In this document: positions 11,190-22,354 of the stretch, piece by piece | Layout: each line of letters opens with the position of its first letter | Numbering within the stretch: position 1 is the first letter of the stretch | NCBI GenBank assembly: GCA_963765575.1 | Contig: CAVXWZ010000005.1 | Coordinates: 32,001 to 96,000, forward strand | Direction: 5' to 3' | DNA from: an uncultured cyanobacterium | Lineage (GTDB): Bacteria > Cyanobacteriota > Cyanobacteriia > PCC-6307 > Cyanobiaceae | Length of the DNA stretch: 64,000 bases | Position numbers and translations under genes: made by a program | Notes under the pieces: model-generated | Databases searched by the model: none | Told to the model about the DNA's origin: nothing | The model's input: only the letters and a program-made list of their open reading frames with translations

Positions 11190-12608
11190 TCAGCTTGCCA
11201 CTCGGCTCCCGGCACCGGCCTGGGGCAGGGGCGGGAGCATCAACTCCTCGCGCACCTTGAACACCACCATCGAGGCGTCGTCCTGGGGCTGGCGGCCCGC
11301 CCCCACAAAACGGTCCAGGCGGGCAAACAACTGATCGAGGATGCCCTGGGCCCCCAGGCCCGCGCGACTGGCCAGCTGCAGGCTGCGGCGCAGGCGCTCC
11401 TCCTCGTAGCGCTCGCCGCTGAGGCTGCTGGCCTCAGTGACCCCATCGGTGTAAAAGAGCACCACATCGCCGCTATCAAGCACGATCGACTCGCTGCCGT
11501 AGTCGGCCTCAATCTGCAGACCGATCAGCAGACCCGGTGCATCGAGGCGTTCGACGCGGTTGAGGCGTCGCCGCCACAGCAACGGTGGATTGTGGGCGGC
11601 GTTGCTGTAGCGCATCAGCCGCGTCAGCGGGTCGAAGTCGGCGTAGAAGAGCGTCACGAACCGGTGCGACTGCGACAGGTCCTCCTGGGCCAGCTGGTTG
11701 AGGTCGTACAGGATGCGGTCGGGGGGATGGCCGCTCAGGACCCCGGCCCGCAACATGCCGCGCAGCAGGGTCATCAGCAGGCCCGCCGGCACCCCCTTGC
11801 CCATCACGTCGCCCACCACCACCGCCCAGCGGCCGCGCTCGCGACGGCGGCCCAGCAGGCGGGGCCGGGCGGGGATGAAGTCGAGGTAGTCACCCCCCAC
11901 CTCGAAGGCGGGGCGGCTGCGGGCCGCCAGGTCCACCCCCTCGATCACAGGGCAGCGGTCGGGCACCAGCTGGGCCTGGATCTCGGCGCCGATGCTGAGC
12001 TGGCGGTCCACCCGTTCGTGGCGGCGCATGTCCTGCTGCAGCACTTCGTTCTCCAGGGCCACGGCGGTGAGATCGGCCACCAGCTGCACCTGGCGCCGGT
12101 GGACCTCGCTCCAGCTGAACCCCTCCCGGCGGCTGAACACATAGAGCCGCCCGCGCTGGCGGCCGCGGGCCACCAGCGACGTGGAAAACACCTCGGCGCG
12201 GCCCAGCAGCAGCCCGACCCGCTGATCCAGGCGCATGGCCGCCTCAATCTCGGCCTCGGCACCGTCGTGGTCGACGGCCTCCAGCTCGCTGTCCGGCAGG
12301 GCGGCCAGGCGGCGCACAAGGTCGGCGCGGGGCTGCAGCGGCGCCGCGTGCATCTGTTCTCGCCACAGGCGCCCGTCCTCGCGGAAGGGCACCAGCAGGG
12401 CCCCATCGGCCTCCACCAGGCGAGCGGCCACCAGCGGCACGAGCTCCAGCAAACGGCTGAGATTGGTGAAGCTGCGCAGCACGAAACCCAGGGACGCCAG
12501 CAGCTCCTGGTTGCGGCGCTGCTCACGGTTGAGGCTGTCGAGCAGGTCCCGCACCGAGGCGGCGGGCGAGGGCGGCGGCTGGGACACAGCTGGCGGCGTC
12601 TGGCTCAC
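11190..12608 (-). CDS. GAF-domain PP2C/SpoIIE (RsbU-like) serine phosphatase
   Basis: VGGDYLDF, GDVMGKGVPAG, YTDGVTEA, DDASMVV. Start codon uncertain. Confidence 0.9.
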   Translation of the reverse strand: MSQTPPAVSQPPPSPAASVRDLLDSLNREQRRNQELLASLGFVLRSFTNLSRLLELVPLVAARLVEADGALLVPFREDGRLWREQMHAAPLQPRADLVRRLAALPDSELEAVDHDGAEAEIEAAMRLDQRVGLLLGRAEVFSTSLVARGRQRGRLYVFSRREGFSWSEVHRRQVQLVADLTAVALENEVLQQDMRRHERVDRQLSIGAEIQAQLVPDRCPVIEGVDLAARSRPAFEVGGDYLDFIPARPRLLGRRRERGRWAVVVGDVMGKGVPAGLLMTLLRGMLRAGVLSGHPPDRILYDLNQLAQEDLSQSHRFVTLFYADFDPLTRLMRYSNAAHNPPLLWRRRLNRVERLDAPGLLIGLQIEADYGSESIVLDSGDVVLFYTDGVTEASSLSGERYEEERLRRSLQLASRAGLGAQGILDQLFARLDRFVGAGRQPQDDASMVVFKVREELMLPPLPQAGAGSRVAS

Positions 12609-12668
12609 CGAGCTGACGCGAAGGAGTCGCAAGATAGCCGCGTTCGCCGACCCGGGCTCAGGGCGAGC

Positions 12669-14214
12669 TCAGCCGGCGAGCAGCGCCTCCACGAATTCGA
12701 AGCTGTTGAAAGGCCGCAGGTCGCGGATGCCTTCACCGGCGCCGATGAAGCGGATCGGCAGGCCCGCCTCCGACGCCACCGCCAGGGCCACTCCGCCGCG
12801 GGCGCTGCCATCGAGCTTGGTGATCACCACCCCGGTGAGGCCTGCGGCACTGGCGAAGGCCAGGGCCTGCCGCAGGCCGTTCTGGCCCTGGCTGGCATCG
12901 AGCACCAGCAGGGATTCCACAGCGGCATCAGCAGCCAGCCGGTCGATGATGCGGCGCACCTTGGAGAGCTCCTCCATGAGGTTGTGCTTGGTCTGCAGCC
13001 GGCCGGCGGTGTCCACCAGCACCAGCTCGGTGCCCTTGGCCTGGGCCGCGCCGATGGCGTCGTAAACGACGGCGGCAGGATCGGCGTTGGCGCTGGGGTT
13101 GGCGATCACCGGCACGGAGCTGCGGTCGCCCCAGGCCTGCACCTGCTGCACGGCCGCGGCGCGGAAGGTGTCGGCGGCGGCGATCAGGCAGCTGTAGCCG
13201 CTGCGCACGGCCAGGTTGGCCAGCTTGCCCAGGGTGGTGGTCTTCCCCACCCCGTTGACGCCCACCAGCAGCCACACATTCAGGCGCTCGCGCTCAGGCG
13301 CCAGCAGCGGCACACCGCTGGCTTTGATGGGGTCATCGAGGATCGTGCGCAGCTGGTCCTTGAGGAAGCGCAGGCCCTCGGCCGGATCCACCACCTCCTC
13401 GTTGAGCCGTTGGCGCAGGGCCTCGAGCACCCGGTCGGTGGCACTCACCCCCACATCGGCGCGGAGCAGGGCAGTCTCGAGGTCATCGAGCAGCTCAGGG
13501 GTGAGCGGGTCGTCGCCGAGGCTGTCGAGCAGCTGGGTGACGAAGCCGCGGCGGGTCTTCTCCAGACCCTGGCGCAGCCGGCCCAGCCAGTCGATCTCCT
13601 CCAGCGACACCTGGTCGATCGCTCGGCCCTGGGCGGCGAGCACCTCGGCCGACCAGGTGAAGGTGTCATCAAACGCCCCCAGGCGGGGCTCAACGCTGTC
13701 GGCCCTGACGGGCTCGGCGGCCGCCCGGGTGGGGGTCGGCGCTGGCGGTGGGGCGGGCTCGGGCGCCCCGGGAGCGGTGAGGGCCTGCTGGCGCTCGGCG
13801 CGGCGGGCGGCCGCCTGCTCGAGCAGGGACGGGCCGGACGAGCGGCGCTGGGGGGGCGGGGCGAACTTCGGCCTCTGCGACCGCGACCGGGGCAACGGCT
13901 GGCTCGGGAGGACGGCGGGCAGCCTCCTGCTCGGCCTTGAGGCGGGCGTAGGCCTGGCGGGCCCACTCCAGGGCGTCCTGGGATGGGGATGGGAGGGCGG
14001 CGGCGGCGCTGGGATCAAGGGCCGGCGCCGCTGGGTCATGGCTGGTCTGGCCGGGTTCGGGGGTGGCCGCACCGGCCGCGCCCGGCTCGGGAGACGCCGG
14101 CTCTGCTGGCGCTGGCTCTGCTGGGACCGGCCCTGTGGGCACCGGCTCGGCAGCAGCCGGCTCGGGGGTGGCCGCCGGGGGTTGGAGGGTGCGTTTGAAC
14201 CAGTCGAAGACCAT
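12669..14214 (-). CDS. ftsY: SRP receptor FtsY (frameshift near the G run at 13850-13856)
   Basis: GVNGVGKTTT, DTFRAAA, DTAGR, TKLDGSARGG. The N-terminus MVFDWFKR is in ORF 13690..14214. Confidence 0.92.
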
Positions 14215-14864
14215 CAGGCTTCGTTCCGTGCAGCGGTGGTGTAACGGCGCAGCACGCCATTGATCATGCGTCGGCCCTGCTCATCGCTGTAGCGGTTGGC
14301 CAGTTCCACGGCCTCATTGCAGGCCACGGCGGCGGGGGTGCCGAACTCGGCCAGATCCACGGCCGCCAGGCGCAGGATGTCGCGGTCGATGCGGGGCAGC
14401 CGGCCCAGGCGCCAGCCCTCCATCACGGCGTCGAGGCGGCGGTCGATGGCGGCGCGGTCGCGCAGCACCGCCCGGGTGCGCTGGATGGCGCCGCTGCGCA
14501 CCTCGTCTTGGTCGGCGAGCAGCAGCAGGCGGGGCAGCTCCAGGCTTGCCGAGAGGCGATTGAGGGCCAGCTCGGCCGCCGCCAGACCCTGCTGGAGGTG
14601 CTGACGCACCCGCGGCAGGCGGGGAGCACCCTGCTCCTGGAGTTCACTGTCCAGCAGCTCCTGCTGGGCGGTCTGCAGGTCGGCGGCGGACCGGTCCAGC
14701 GACTCGCGCACGTGCTGGCTGAGGCTGGCCATGGCCTGGTGCAACAAACCCTCCAGGCCAGGCTCCGTGTCTGCGGGAGGGCGAGCGGCGGCCGGCTCGG
14801 CACGGTCATTGGTCTGGCCCAGCATCAGCAGGGCCAGTTCGCGGGAGAGGCTGCGACTGGACAT
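14214..14864 (-). CDS. nusB: Transcription antitermination factor NusB
   Basis: SRELAL, WRLGRLPRIDRDILRLA, NEAVELANRYS, MINGVLR. Confidence 0.93.
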   Translation of the reverse strand: MSSRSLSRELALLMLGQTNDRAEPAAARPPADTEPGLEGLLHQAMASLSQHVRESLDRSAADLQTAQQELLDSELQEQGAPRLPRVRQHLQQGLAAAELALNRLSASLELPRLLLLADQDEVRSGAIQRTRAVLRDRAAIDRRLDAVMEGWRLGRLPRIDRDILRLAAVDLAEFGTPAAVACNEAVELANRYSDEQGRRMINGVLRRYTTAARNEA

Positions 14865-15592
14865 CAGGACATCTGGGGGGCCCGCAGCTGGGCCAGCAGG
14901 CTGGAGAAACTGCGATTGGAGGGGGCTTGGCGCTCGTCGGGGCTGACGATGCCGGCGGAGATGATCGTGCGGAAGGCGTCTTCCACCGAGAGCTCGAGAT
15001 CCTTCACCGAGCTCTCAGGTACCACGGTGTACCAGCCGGTGGTGGGGTTCGGCGCTGTGGGGATGAACACGCTCAGCATCGGCTCGCTGAAGCGGCCCTG
15101 AAGGGCGGTGCCGAGGGGGCCGGTCACGAAGCCGAGGGCATAGAGACCCTCGCGGGGATATTCGAGCAGCACCACGCGGCGGAAGCGGCTGGAGTTCCCC
15201 TGCAGGAAGGTTTCCAGCAACTGCTTGAGCGTCTTGTACACCGAGCCGGCCAGGGGGATGCGCAGCAGCGTGCCCTCACCGAACTCCAGCAGCCAGCGGC
15301 CCACGATGTTGCGCGCCATCAGGCCGATCAGCAGGATGCCGAGCAGGGGCACCAGCAGACCCACACCAAGATTGATCAGCTCCTGCAGGAGCGGATTGAG
15401 GGTGTTGAAGGGGTTGAACTGCTTGGGAATGGTGGTGAGAAACGCCAGCACAAAGCGGCTGACGGTGGTGGCCAGCCAAATGGTGGTAGCCAGCGGGATC
15501 ACCACCAGCAGGCCGGCGATCAGGTCGTTCTTGAGGTCCTGCTGGAGGCGGTTTCCAAGCGGGAGGTCTGGTCTGGGATTGGACTGAACCAA
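14864..15592 (-). CDS. DUF502 membrane protein
   Basis: LIAGLLVVIPLATT, IPLAGSVYKTLKQ, VFIPTAPNPTTG. Confidence 0.88.
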   Translation of the reverse strand: MVQSNPRPDLPLGNRLQQDLKNDLIAGLLVVIPLATTIWLATTVSRFVLAFLTTIPKQFNPFNTLNPLLQELINLGVGLLVPLLGILLIGLMARNIVGRWLLEFGEGTLLRIPLAGSVYKTLKQLLETFLQGNSSRFRRVVLLEYPREGLYALGFVTGPLGTALQGRFSEPMLSVFIPTAPNPTTGWYTVVPESSVKDLELSVEDAFRTIISAGIVSPDERQAPSNRSFSSLLAQLRAPQMS

Positions 15593-15671
15593 GGCAAACC
15601 CCGCGTTCCGGCCGTCGGCTGAGAGCGCAACTTAGCCAGCCGGCCCCCCGCAGCGCCCGCCGCAGCATGCG

Positions 15672-16346
15672 TCAGACCAGGGCCACCACCGCCACGAGCA
15701 CGAAGGCGATCGCCAGGGCCACGGCGCGACCGGTGACGCCGAAGCGGCGCTGCTGCAGCGCCAGGTTGCGGGCGAAGCGGGCCTGGGACAGCTGCTGCTC
15801 AGCCTGCTCAAGCTGGGGCCTGATCTGGCTGTCGATGAATTCCCGGGCCCGCTGCTGCTTCACCTCGGCGGTGGCCCCAGCCGGAATACGGCCCTCCTTC
15901 TCAGCCTCGGCGATCAGCTGGTCGACGAAACCGGGATCCTCCACCTGCTGCTTCTGCATCTCCAACTGCATCGCCTGCTGGGCGATCGCGGCATCCTGCT
16001 GCTGGGCCTCCTCGGCAAGGGCCGACTCGCTGGCCAGGGACAAGGGCACGGCCACCAGCATGGCAATCGCCAGCACGCCAGCCAGCACGCCCACCAGCCA
16101 GCGCAGCGGCGTGCGGCCCGGCAGCCCCTCCAGGCGCTGGGCGATCAACATCAGCAGCAGACCCACCAGCGCCATCGGCCCCTCACCCACGAGGCGGTCG
16201 AGGAACACCTGGCGGAAGGGCTCCAGATCCCAGTTCCAGTTCACCAACAGGGCGGTGAGCTGCAGCGCCGTCAGCACCACCAGGGTGAGGCCCAGCCAGC
16301 GGAGCAGCACGGAAATGCGGCTGGAGGACGCAGATGTCGATGTCAA
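15672..16346 (-). CDS. HpsJ-like membrane protein
   Basis: Three N-terminal TM segments, a Gln-rich coiled coil and a C-terminal TM; conserved position beside DUF502 and queG. Confidence 0.6.
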   Translation of the reverse strand: MTSTSASSSRISVLLRWLGLTLVVLTALQLTALLVNWNWDLEPFRQVFLDRLVGEGPMALVGLLLMLIAQRLEGLPGRTPLRWLVGVLAGVLAIAMLVAVPLSLASESALAEEAQQQDAAIAQQAMQLEMQKQQVEDPGFVDQLIAEAEKEGRIPAGATAEVKQQRAREFIDSQIRPQLEQAEQQLSQARFARNLALQQRRFGVTGRAVALAIAFVLVAVVALV

Positions 16347-16381
16347 GCGCTGCAGAGTGGAAAGGTGGCGCAACTGTACGG

Positions 16382-17341
16382 GTGACGACCGGCTCTGCCA
16401 GCACCCTGGCGGCGAGGCTCCGGGAGGAGGCCCGCCGACTGGGTTTTGATCCGGTAGGGATCGCCGCCGTGCCGGGCAGCGGGCGGATGGCGCTGCGCAC
16501 GGCCTCCCTGGAGCGCTGGTTGCAGCGGGGCCACCAGGCCGACATGGCCTGGATGAACGATCCCCGCCGCCGGGCGGTGGAGAACCTGTTACCCGGTGTG
16601 CGCAGCCTGCTGGCAGTGGGGCTCCCTCACCACGTGGCGGCGCAGCGCGTCCCGGGCACGCTGAAGGTGGCGCGCTACGGCTGGGGCCGCGACTACCACC
16701 GCGTGATCGAGGGCCGCCTGCGGCAGCTGGGGCGCTGGCTGGAGCAGCAGGTGGGCGCTGTGGGCTGGCGGGCCTGTGTCGACAGCGCCCCGCTGATGGA
16801 CAAGGCCTGGGCCGAGGAGGCAGGCCTGGGCTGGATCGGCAAGCACGGCAACCTCATCCACCGCCGGCGGGGGTCGTGGCTGCTGCTCGGCCATCTGCTC
16901 ACCACCCTCGACCTGCCGGCGGATGCCCCCGCCGAGCCCCTGTGCGGCAGCTGCAGCCGCTGCATGCCCGCCTGCCCCACCGGCGCCATCGTCGAGCCCT
17001 TCGTGGTGGACAGCCGCCGCTGCATCGCCTTCCACACGATCGAGAACCGTGACCCGGCCCTGCCGCAGCCGATCGCCGAGCAGTTACAGGGCTGGGTGGC
17101 GGGCTGTGACCTCTGCCAGGAGGCCTGTCCCTGGAACCAGCAACCCCTGCTGCCCAGCGATGAAGCCGATCTGCAGCCGCGCCCCTGGTGGTTGGAGCTG
17201 CGGGGGGAGGAAGCCCTGGCCTGGAGCGAGCAGGAGTGGGACCAGCGGCTGCGGGCCTCGGCCCTGCGGCGCATCCGGCCCTGGATGTGGCGGCGCAACA
17301 TCCGCGCGGCCCTGGCGGGTGGACCGCAAGCAGCTCCCTAG
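16382..17341 (+). CDS. queG: Epoxyqueuosine reductase
   Basis: ARYGWGRDYH, VDSAPLMDK, CGSCSRCMPACPT, GCDLCQEACPWN. Confidence 0.93.
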   Translation: MTTGSASTLAARLREEARRLGFDPVGIAAVPGSGRMALRTASLERWLQRGHQADMAWMNDPRRRAVENLLPGVRSLLAVGLPHHVAAQRVPGTLKVARYGWGRDYHRVIEGRLRQLGRWLEQQVGAVGWRACVDSAPLMDKAWAEEAGLGWIGKHGNLIHRRRGSWLLLGHLLTTLDLPADAPAEPLCGSCSRCMPACPTGAIVEPFVVDSRRCIAFHTIENRDPALPQPIAEQLQGWVAGCDLCQEACPWNQQPLLPSDEADLQPRPWWLELRGEEALAWSEQEWDQRLRASALRRIRPWMWRRNIRAALAGGPQAAP

Positions 17342-17347
17342 GCTGGA

Positions 17348-18247
17348 GTGAATTGCCCGCTTTCGATGCCGTCGCGCTGGCGGCGCACTCTGCTGCGCAC
17401 CTTTCCGCTCCTGGCACTCGGCGTGGGCCTCGGGGGCCTGCCCCCAGCCCAGGCCCTGGTGCCCTACATCTACGTGCCCCAGCGCCAGGAGCTGGAGGCC
17501 ACGGGGCTGGGCATCGCCCAGGCCGCGGCACGACTGCTGCAGCTGGGCCAGGCGGACGATGCGGCCCGGCTGGCGGCGCTGACGGTGCAACTGCTGCCGG
17601 CCGATCCCCGCGGCTGGGTGCTGCTTGCGGAGGCCCAGCTGCGCAGCAACCAGACGGATGCGGCGGCAACGTCGCTCGCCCGGGCCAAACAGCTCGATCC
17701 CGACAACGCCAGCATCTGGTTCGCCCAGGGGTCCCTGGCCCTGCGCGATGGCCGTCCCAACGAGGGTCTCGACCTGCTGCGCGAGGGGCTCCGCCGGGAC
17801 CCCCGCAATGCCAACGCCTACTTCGATGTGGGCAACGCATCCATCCTGCTGAACCAGCCCCGGCAGGCCCTCGAGGCCTTCGAGCGGGCTGCCGAACTGC
17901 GCGGCGATTTCTGGGAGGCGATCAACAACCAGGCCCTGGTGCTCTACGAAATGGGCCAGGTGGAGCAGGCGATCCAGCGCTGGCGCCGGGTGCTGGAGAT
18001 CCGTCCAGAGGCCGCCGAGCCCAACCTGGCGATCGCCGCCGCCATGTTCGAGCGCGGTGCCAAGGATCGCCAGGAGGCCCTCGACCGGGCCAGCAAGGCC
18101 CTCGCCACCGAGCCCGAGTACGTGCTCCCCAGCCATCAGGAGGAGCAGCTGTGGGGTCCAAAGCTGCGCGTGACCACCAAGCGGCTGTTCGAGCTGCAGG
18201 AGCTGCGCACTGATGTGGAGCGGGCCGAGGCCAACGCCGGCCCCTGA
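17348..18247 (+). CDS. TPR-repeat protein with signal peptide
   Basis: Signal peptide (AQA|LVPY) followed by multiple TPR-like repeats; ends EQLWG. Confidence 0.85.
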   Translation: MNCPLSMPSRWRRTLLRTFPLLALGVGLGGLPPAQALVPYIYVPQRQELEATGLGIAQAAARLLQLGQADDAARLAALTVQLLPADPRGWVLLAEAQLRSNQTDAAATSLARAKQLDPDNASIWFAQGSLALRDGRPNEGLDLLREGLRRDPRNANAYFDVGNASILLNQPRQALEAFERAAELRGDFWEAINNQALVLYEMGQVEQAIQRWRRVLEIRPEAAEPNLAIAAAMFERGAKDRQEALDRASKALATEPEYVLPSHQEEQLWGPKLRVTTKRLFELQELRTDVERAEANAGP

Positions 18248-18318
18248 CGCCGGTCGGGGCGGTCGGGACGGCATCGGTAGGCTGAGCGCCACAATTCGCC
18301 CTCACACCGCAGCACGGG

Positions 18319-20811
18319 ATGGCCGAGGCGCGATCAGGAGACCGACCGGAAGACCCCCGGATTCAGCCGATCGCGCTGCATCAGGAGATGCAGCGCTCCT
18401 ACCTCGAATACGCCATGAGCGTGATCGTGGGGCGGGCCCTGCCGGACGTGCGCGATGGCCTCAAGCCGGTGCAGCGGCGCATCCTGTTCGCCATGCACGA
18501 GCTGGGGCTCACCCCGGATCGTCCCTACCGCAAGTGCGCCCGCGTGGTGGGGGACGTGCTGGGCAAGTACCACCCCCATGGCGACCAGGCGGTCTACGAC
18601 GCCCTGGTGCGGCTGGTGCAGACCTTCGCCAGCCGCCACCCCCTGCTCGACGGCCACGGCAACTTCGGCTCGGTGGACGACGACCCGCCGGCGGCAATGC
18701 GGTACACCGAAACCCGGCTGGCGCCGATCGCCAACGAGGCCCTGCTCGATGAGATCGGCGATGACACGGTGGACTTCGCCGCCAACTTCGACGGCTCCCA
18801 GCAGGAGCCCACCGTGCTGCCCGCCCAGCTGCCCTTCCTGCTGCTCAACGGTTGCAACGGCATCGCCGTGGGCATGGCCACCAGCATTCCGCCCCACAAC
18901 CTGGGGGAGATCGTCGATGCCCTGATCGCCCTGGTGCGCAAGCCGGAGCTCTCCGACGACAAGCTGCTCGAGCTGGTGCCCGGCCCCGACTTTCCCACCG
19001 GCGGGGAGGTGCTGATCGGCAGCGGCGTTCGCGACACCTACCTCGGCGGCCGCGGCAGCATCCCCATGCGCGGCGTGGCCCATTTCGAGGAAGTCCAGCC
19101 GGGCAAGGGCCGGCACCGCCGCAGCGCTGTGGTTGTCACGGAACTCCCCTACCAGCTGAGCAAGGCGGGCTGGATCGAGAAGTTGGCGGAGCTCGTGAAC
19201 GAGGGGCGCATCGGCGGCATCGCCGACATCCGTGATGAGAGCGATCGCGATGGCATGCGCGTGGTGGTGGAGCTGCGCCGCGATGCCGACCCGGAGCAGG
19301 TGCTGACCGATCTGCAGCGGCGCACCGCCCTGCAGAGCAACTTCGGCGCCATCATGCTGGCCCTCGTCAACGGTCAGCCGCAGCAGCTGAGCCTGCGCCA
19401 GCTGCTGCTGCAGTTCCTGGAGTACCGGGAACACACCCTGATCCGCCGCACCCGCCATGCCCTGCGCAAATGCGAGGACCGGCTGGAGGTGGTGGAGGGG
19501 TTGATCAGGGCCCTCGACGACCTGCGCCGGGTGATCGAGATGATCCAGGAAGCGCGGGATGCGGCCAGCGCCCGGGCCAGCCTGCAGGTGCATCTGGATC
19601 TGAGCGAGCGCCAGGCCGATGCCGTGCTGGCCATGCCGCTGCGGCGCCTCACCGCCCTGGAGCAGGACAGCCTGCGCCAGGAAGCGGAAGAGCGGCGCCA
19701 GGAACGCACCCGCCTGCGCCACCTGCTGAACGACCGCAGCACCCTGCTGGACACGCTGGTGAGTGAGTTCCGGGGGCTGAAGAAGCGCTACTCCACACCG
19801 CGCCGCACCCGGCTGGTGGAGGGCGGCGACGAACTGGCGGCCCAGCGCAGCGCCGCCCAGCGCCCCAACGCCGAACTGCAGCGCCGCCAGGCCCTCAACG
19901 CCCTGGCGGGCGATGCGCGGCTGCTGATCCAGGCCGATGGCGCCGTGAAGATCCTGGCGCCCCAGACCCTGGGCCGCCTGCACCTGGAGGCGGCGGCGGA
20001 AAGCGGTGAGCACCCGGCACCGGCTCGGCTGATCCTGACGGTGCAGCACCAGCCCCAGGTGCTGGCCTTCACCGCCGATGGCCGCGTGGCCCTGCTGCGC
20101 TGGGAATTCGCCGGGCAACAGCCTGGCCCCCTGGAGCGCTTCCTGCCCGACAGCCTGGAGGGCAGCCGCGTGCAGCAGGTACTCGCCCTCCCCACCGACC
20201 CCGGCAGCTGCTCCAGCCTGGGGCTGCTGAGCAGCGATGGTCGCTGCAAGCGCCTGCCGCTGGAAGCCTTCCAGGAACTCTCCGGCCGTGCCGCCACGGT
20301 GCTGAAGCTGCGCGATGGGGTGACCCTCAGCCGGGTGGTGCCCTGCCGCGAGGGCGGGGAGCTGGTGGTGGCCAGCAGCACCGGTCGCCTGCTGCGCCTG
20401 GCGGTGAACGAAACAGATCTGCCGCTGATGGGCCGCAGCGCCCAGGGACCGGTGCTGCTGCGGCTGCTGCCGGGCGAAGCAGTGGTGGGCGCGGCCGGGG
20501 TGGTGGGGCCCCAGGGTGCGGTGCTGCTGGCCAGCCGTCGGGGTTGGATCAAGCGGTTACCCGTGGCTGAGCTGCGCCTCTGCCAGCGCGGCGATCTGGG
20601 CCAGATCGGCCTGCACTTCAGCGAGCGCCAAGACAGCCTCGCCGACCTCTGCGACGCCGCTGCACCGCTGGTGGCGGCCCTGCTCGGCAACGGCCGCAGC
20701 ACCCGGCTCGAGCCCGCCAGCCTGGAACCGCAGACTGCCAGCGAAGCGGGCACAAGCCTGGGGTTGGCGGAGCGGGAGGAGCTGCAGGCCCTGGTGCCGC
20801 TGGAGCGCTAG
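18319..20811 (+). CDS. Type II topoisomerase subunit A (GyrA/ParC-like paralogue)
   Basis: [22 protein letters not shown], active-site AAMRYTE; degenerate C-terminal pinwheel. Confidence 0.92.
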   Translation: MAEARSGDRPEDPRIQPIALHQEMQRSYLEYAMSVIVGRALPDVRDGLKPVQRRILFAMHELGLTPDRPYRKCARVVGDVLGKYHPHGDQAVYDALVRLVQTFASRHPLLDGHGNFGSVDDDPPAAMRYTETRLAPIANEALLDEIGDDTVDFAANFDGSQQEPTVLPAQLPFLLLNGCNGIAVGMATSIPPHNLGEIVDALIALVRKPELSDDKLLELVPGPDFPTGGEVLIGSGVRDTYLGGRGSIPMRGVAHFEEVQPGKGRHRRSAVVVTELPYQLSKAGWIEKLAELVNEGRIGGIADIRDESDRDGMRVVVELRRDADPEQVLTDLQRRTALQSNFGAIMLALVNGQPQQLSLRQLLLQFLEYREHTLIRRTRHALRKCEDRLEVVEGLIRALDDLRRVIEMIQEARDAASARASLQVHLDLSERQADAVLAMPLRRLTALEQDSLRQEAEERRQERTRLRHLLNDRSTLLDTLVSEFRGLKKRYSTPRRTRLVEGGDELAAQRSAAQRPNAELQRRQALNALAGDARLLIQADGAVKILAPQTLGRLHLEAAAESGEHPAPARLILTVQHQPQVLAFTADGRVALLRWEFAGQQPGPLERFLPDSLEGSRVQQVLALPTDPGSCSSLGLLSSDGRCKRLPLEAFQELSGRAATVLKLRDGVTLSRVVPCREGGELVVASSTGRLLRLAVNETDLPLMGRSAQGPVLLRLLPGEAVVGAAGVVGPQGAVLLASRRGWIKRLPVAELRLCQRGDLGQIGLHFSERQDSLADLCDAAAPLVAALLGNGRSTRLEPASLEPQTASEAGTSLGLAEREELQALVPLER

Positions 20812-22277
20812 CGGGCGGCAACCACCTGCCGGGAGGCCGCCAGGCCGGCCGGCTCAAGCATCAGCTTGCTGGAGCTCACCTCCTCGTCCATCTCGATCGG
20901 ATAGGCGCCGTCGAAGCAAGCGGTGCAGAAATGGCCGGAGTGGGCCTGGGCGGCCTCCACCATGCCCTCCTTGCTGAGGTAGGAGAGGGAATCAACGCCC
21001 AGGTGGGCGGTGATCTCCTCGAGGGTGAGGCGGGCGGCGATCAACTGGTCCTGGGTGTCGGTATCGATGCCGTAGAAGCAGGGATGGGTAACCGGCGGCG
21101 AGCTGATGCGCATGTGCACCTCGGTGGCACCGGCATCACGCAGGGCCGCCACCAGCTTGCGGCTGGTGGTGCCACGCACGATCGAGTCGTCGATCACCAC
21201 CACGCGCTTGCCGGCCAGCACATCGGGGAGGGGGTTGAGCTTCACGCGGATGCCGGCTTCGCGCATCGCCTGGGTGGGCTGGATGAAGGTGCGGCCCACG
21301 TAGCGGTTCTTGATCAAGCCGTCAGCGAAGGGGATGCCGCTGACCTGGGAGTAGCCGATGGCGGCGGGGATACCGGAATCGGGCACGCCGATGACGATAT
21401 CCGCCGCCACGGGGGTTTCACGGGCCAGCACCTCGCCGATGCGCACCCGGTAGCTGTAAAGCGACTCGCCGAAGAAGCGGCTGTCGGGCCGGGCGAAATA
21501 AATCATCTCGAACACGCACAACTTGGTGGGTTCCTCGGACCAGCGCAGGCGGCGGGGTTCGGGATCATGCAGGCGGAAGTGAATCAACTCGCCGGGCAGC
21601 ACGTCGCCGCAGAAGCTGGCACCGATGATGTCCAGCCCACAGGTCTCGCTGCTCACCACCCAGCGAGCCTCGTCCTGCTCGCCGATGTGGCCGAACACCA
21701 GCGGCCGGATGCCGTGGCCGTCGCGCAGGGCGAACAGACCATCCGGGGTGCCGATCGCCAGGCTGAAGGCCCCGCGGCAGAGACCGGCCGCGGCACGGAT
21801 GGCGGCCTCCCAGTCCTGACCGCCGTTGACCGCGCGTTGCACGGCGAAGGCGATCAGCTCGGAGTCGGTGGTGGAGGTGAGCTCACTGGCGAGGTCGGCG
21901 AGTTCCTCACGCAGCTCAGCAGCGTTGACCAGGTTGCCGTTGTGGGCGAGGGCAAACGGCCCCAGGCGGGTGTTCAGCAACACCGGCTGGGCATTGCAGA
22001 CCTTGCTGCTGCCGGTCGTGGAATAGCGGTTGTGGCCGATGGCCAGAGACCCCGGCAGCCGCTGCAGCACGTCCTGATCGAAGACCTGGCTGACCAGGCC
22101 CATGTCCTTGTGCATGCGCACCTGGCCGTCATCGTCGAAGACGGCGATGCCCGCCGACTCCTGGCCACGGTGCTGGAGGGCGTAGAGGCCGAAGTAGGCC
22201 AGGTTGGCAACCGGCTGATCGGCGGCCATCACGCCATAGACGCCGCAGGCCTCCTCGGGCTTGTCGGGACGCTCCAT
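20808..22277 (-). CDS. purF: Amidophosphoribosyltransferase
   Basis: Propeptide then [36 protein letters not shown]. Confidence 0.96.
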   Translation of the reverse strand: MERPDKPEEACGVYGVMAADQPVANLAYFGLYALQHRGQESAGIAVFDDDGQVRMHKDMGLVSQVFDQDVLQRLPGSLAIGHNRYSTTGSSKVCNAQPVLLNTRLGPFALAHNGNLVNAAELREELADLASELTSTTDSELIAFAVQRAVNGGQDWEAAIRAAAGLCRGAFSLAIGTPDGLFALRDGHGIRPLVFGHIGEQDEARWVVSSETCGLDIIGASFCGDVLPGELIHFRLHDPEPRRLRWSEEPTKLCVFEMIYFARPDSRFFGESLYSYRVRIGEVLARETPVAADIVIGVPDSGIPAAIGYSQVSGIPFADGLIKNRYVGRTFIQPTQAMREAGIRVKLNPLPDVLAGKRVVVIDDSIVRGTTSRKLVAALRDAGATEVHMRISSPPVTHPCFYGIDTDTQDQLIAARLTLEEITAHLGVDSLSYLSKEGMVEAAQAHSGHFCTACFDGAYPIEMDEEVSSSKLMLEPAGLAASRQVVAAR

Positions 22278-22354
22278 GGACCCGGAACGCTCGGAGGAAA
22301 CCATCAGCACAGGCCTCTCGATGCGCAAGCCGAGGTCGCATTCTGCACGAGCCG

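Noticed and set aside
9777..13940. 1387-aa plus-strand ORF and similar long antisense ORFs (e.g. 47398..49695, 61066..63966, 50305..52458)
   Set aside because: Shadow frames opposite well-supported genes; expected in GC-rich DNA with few stop codons; no recognisable motifs.
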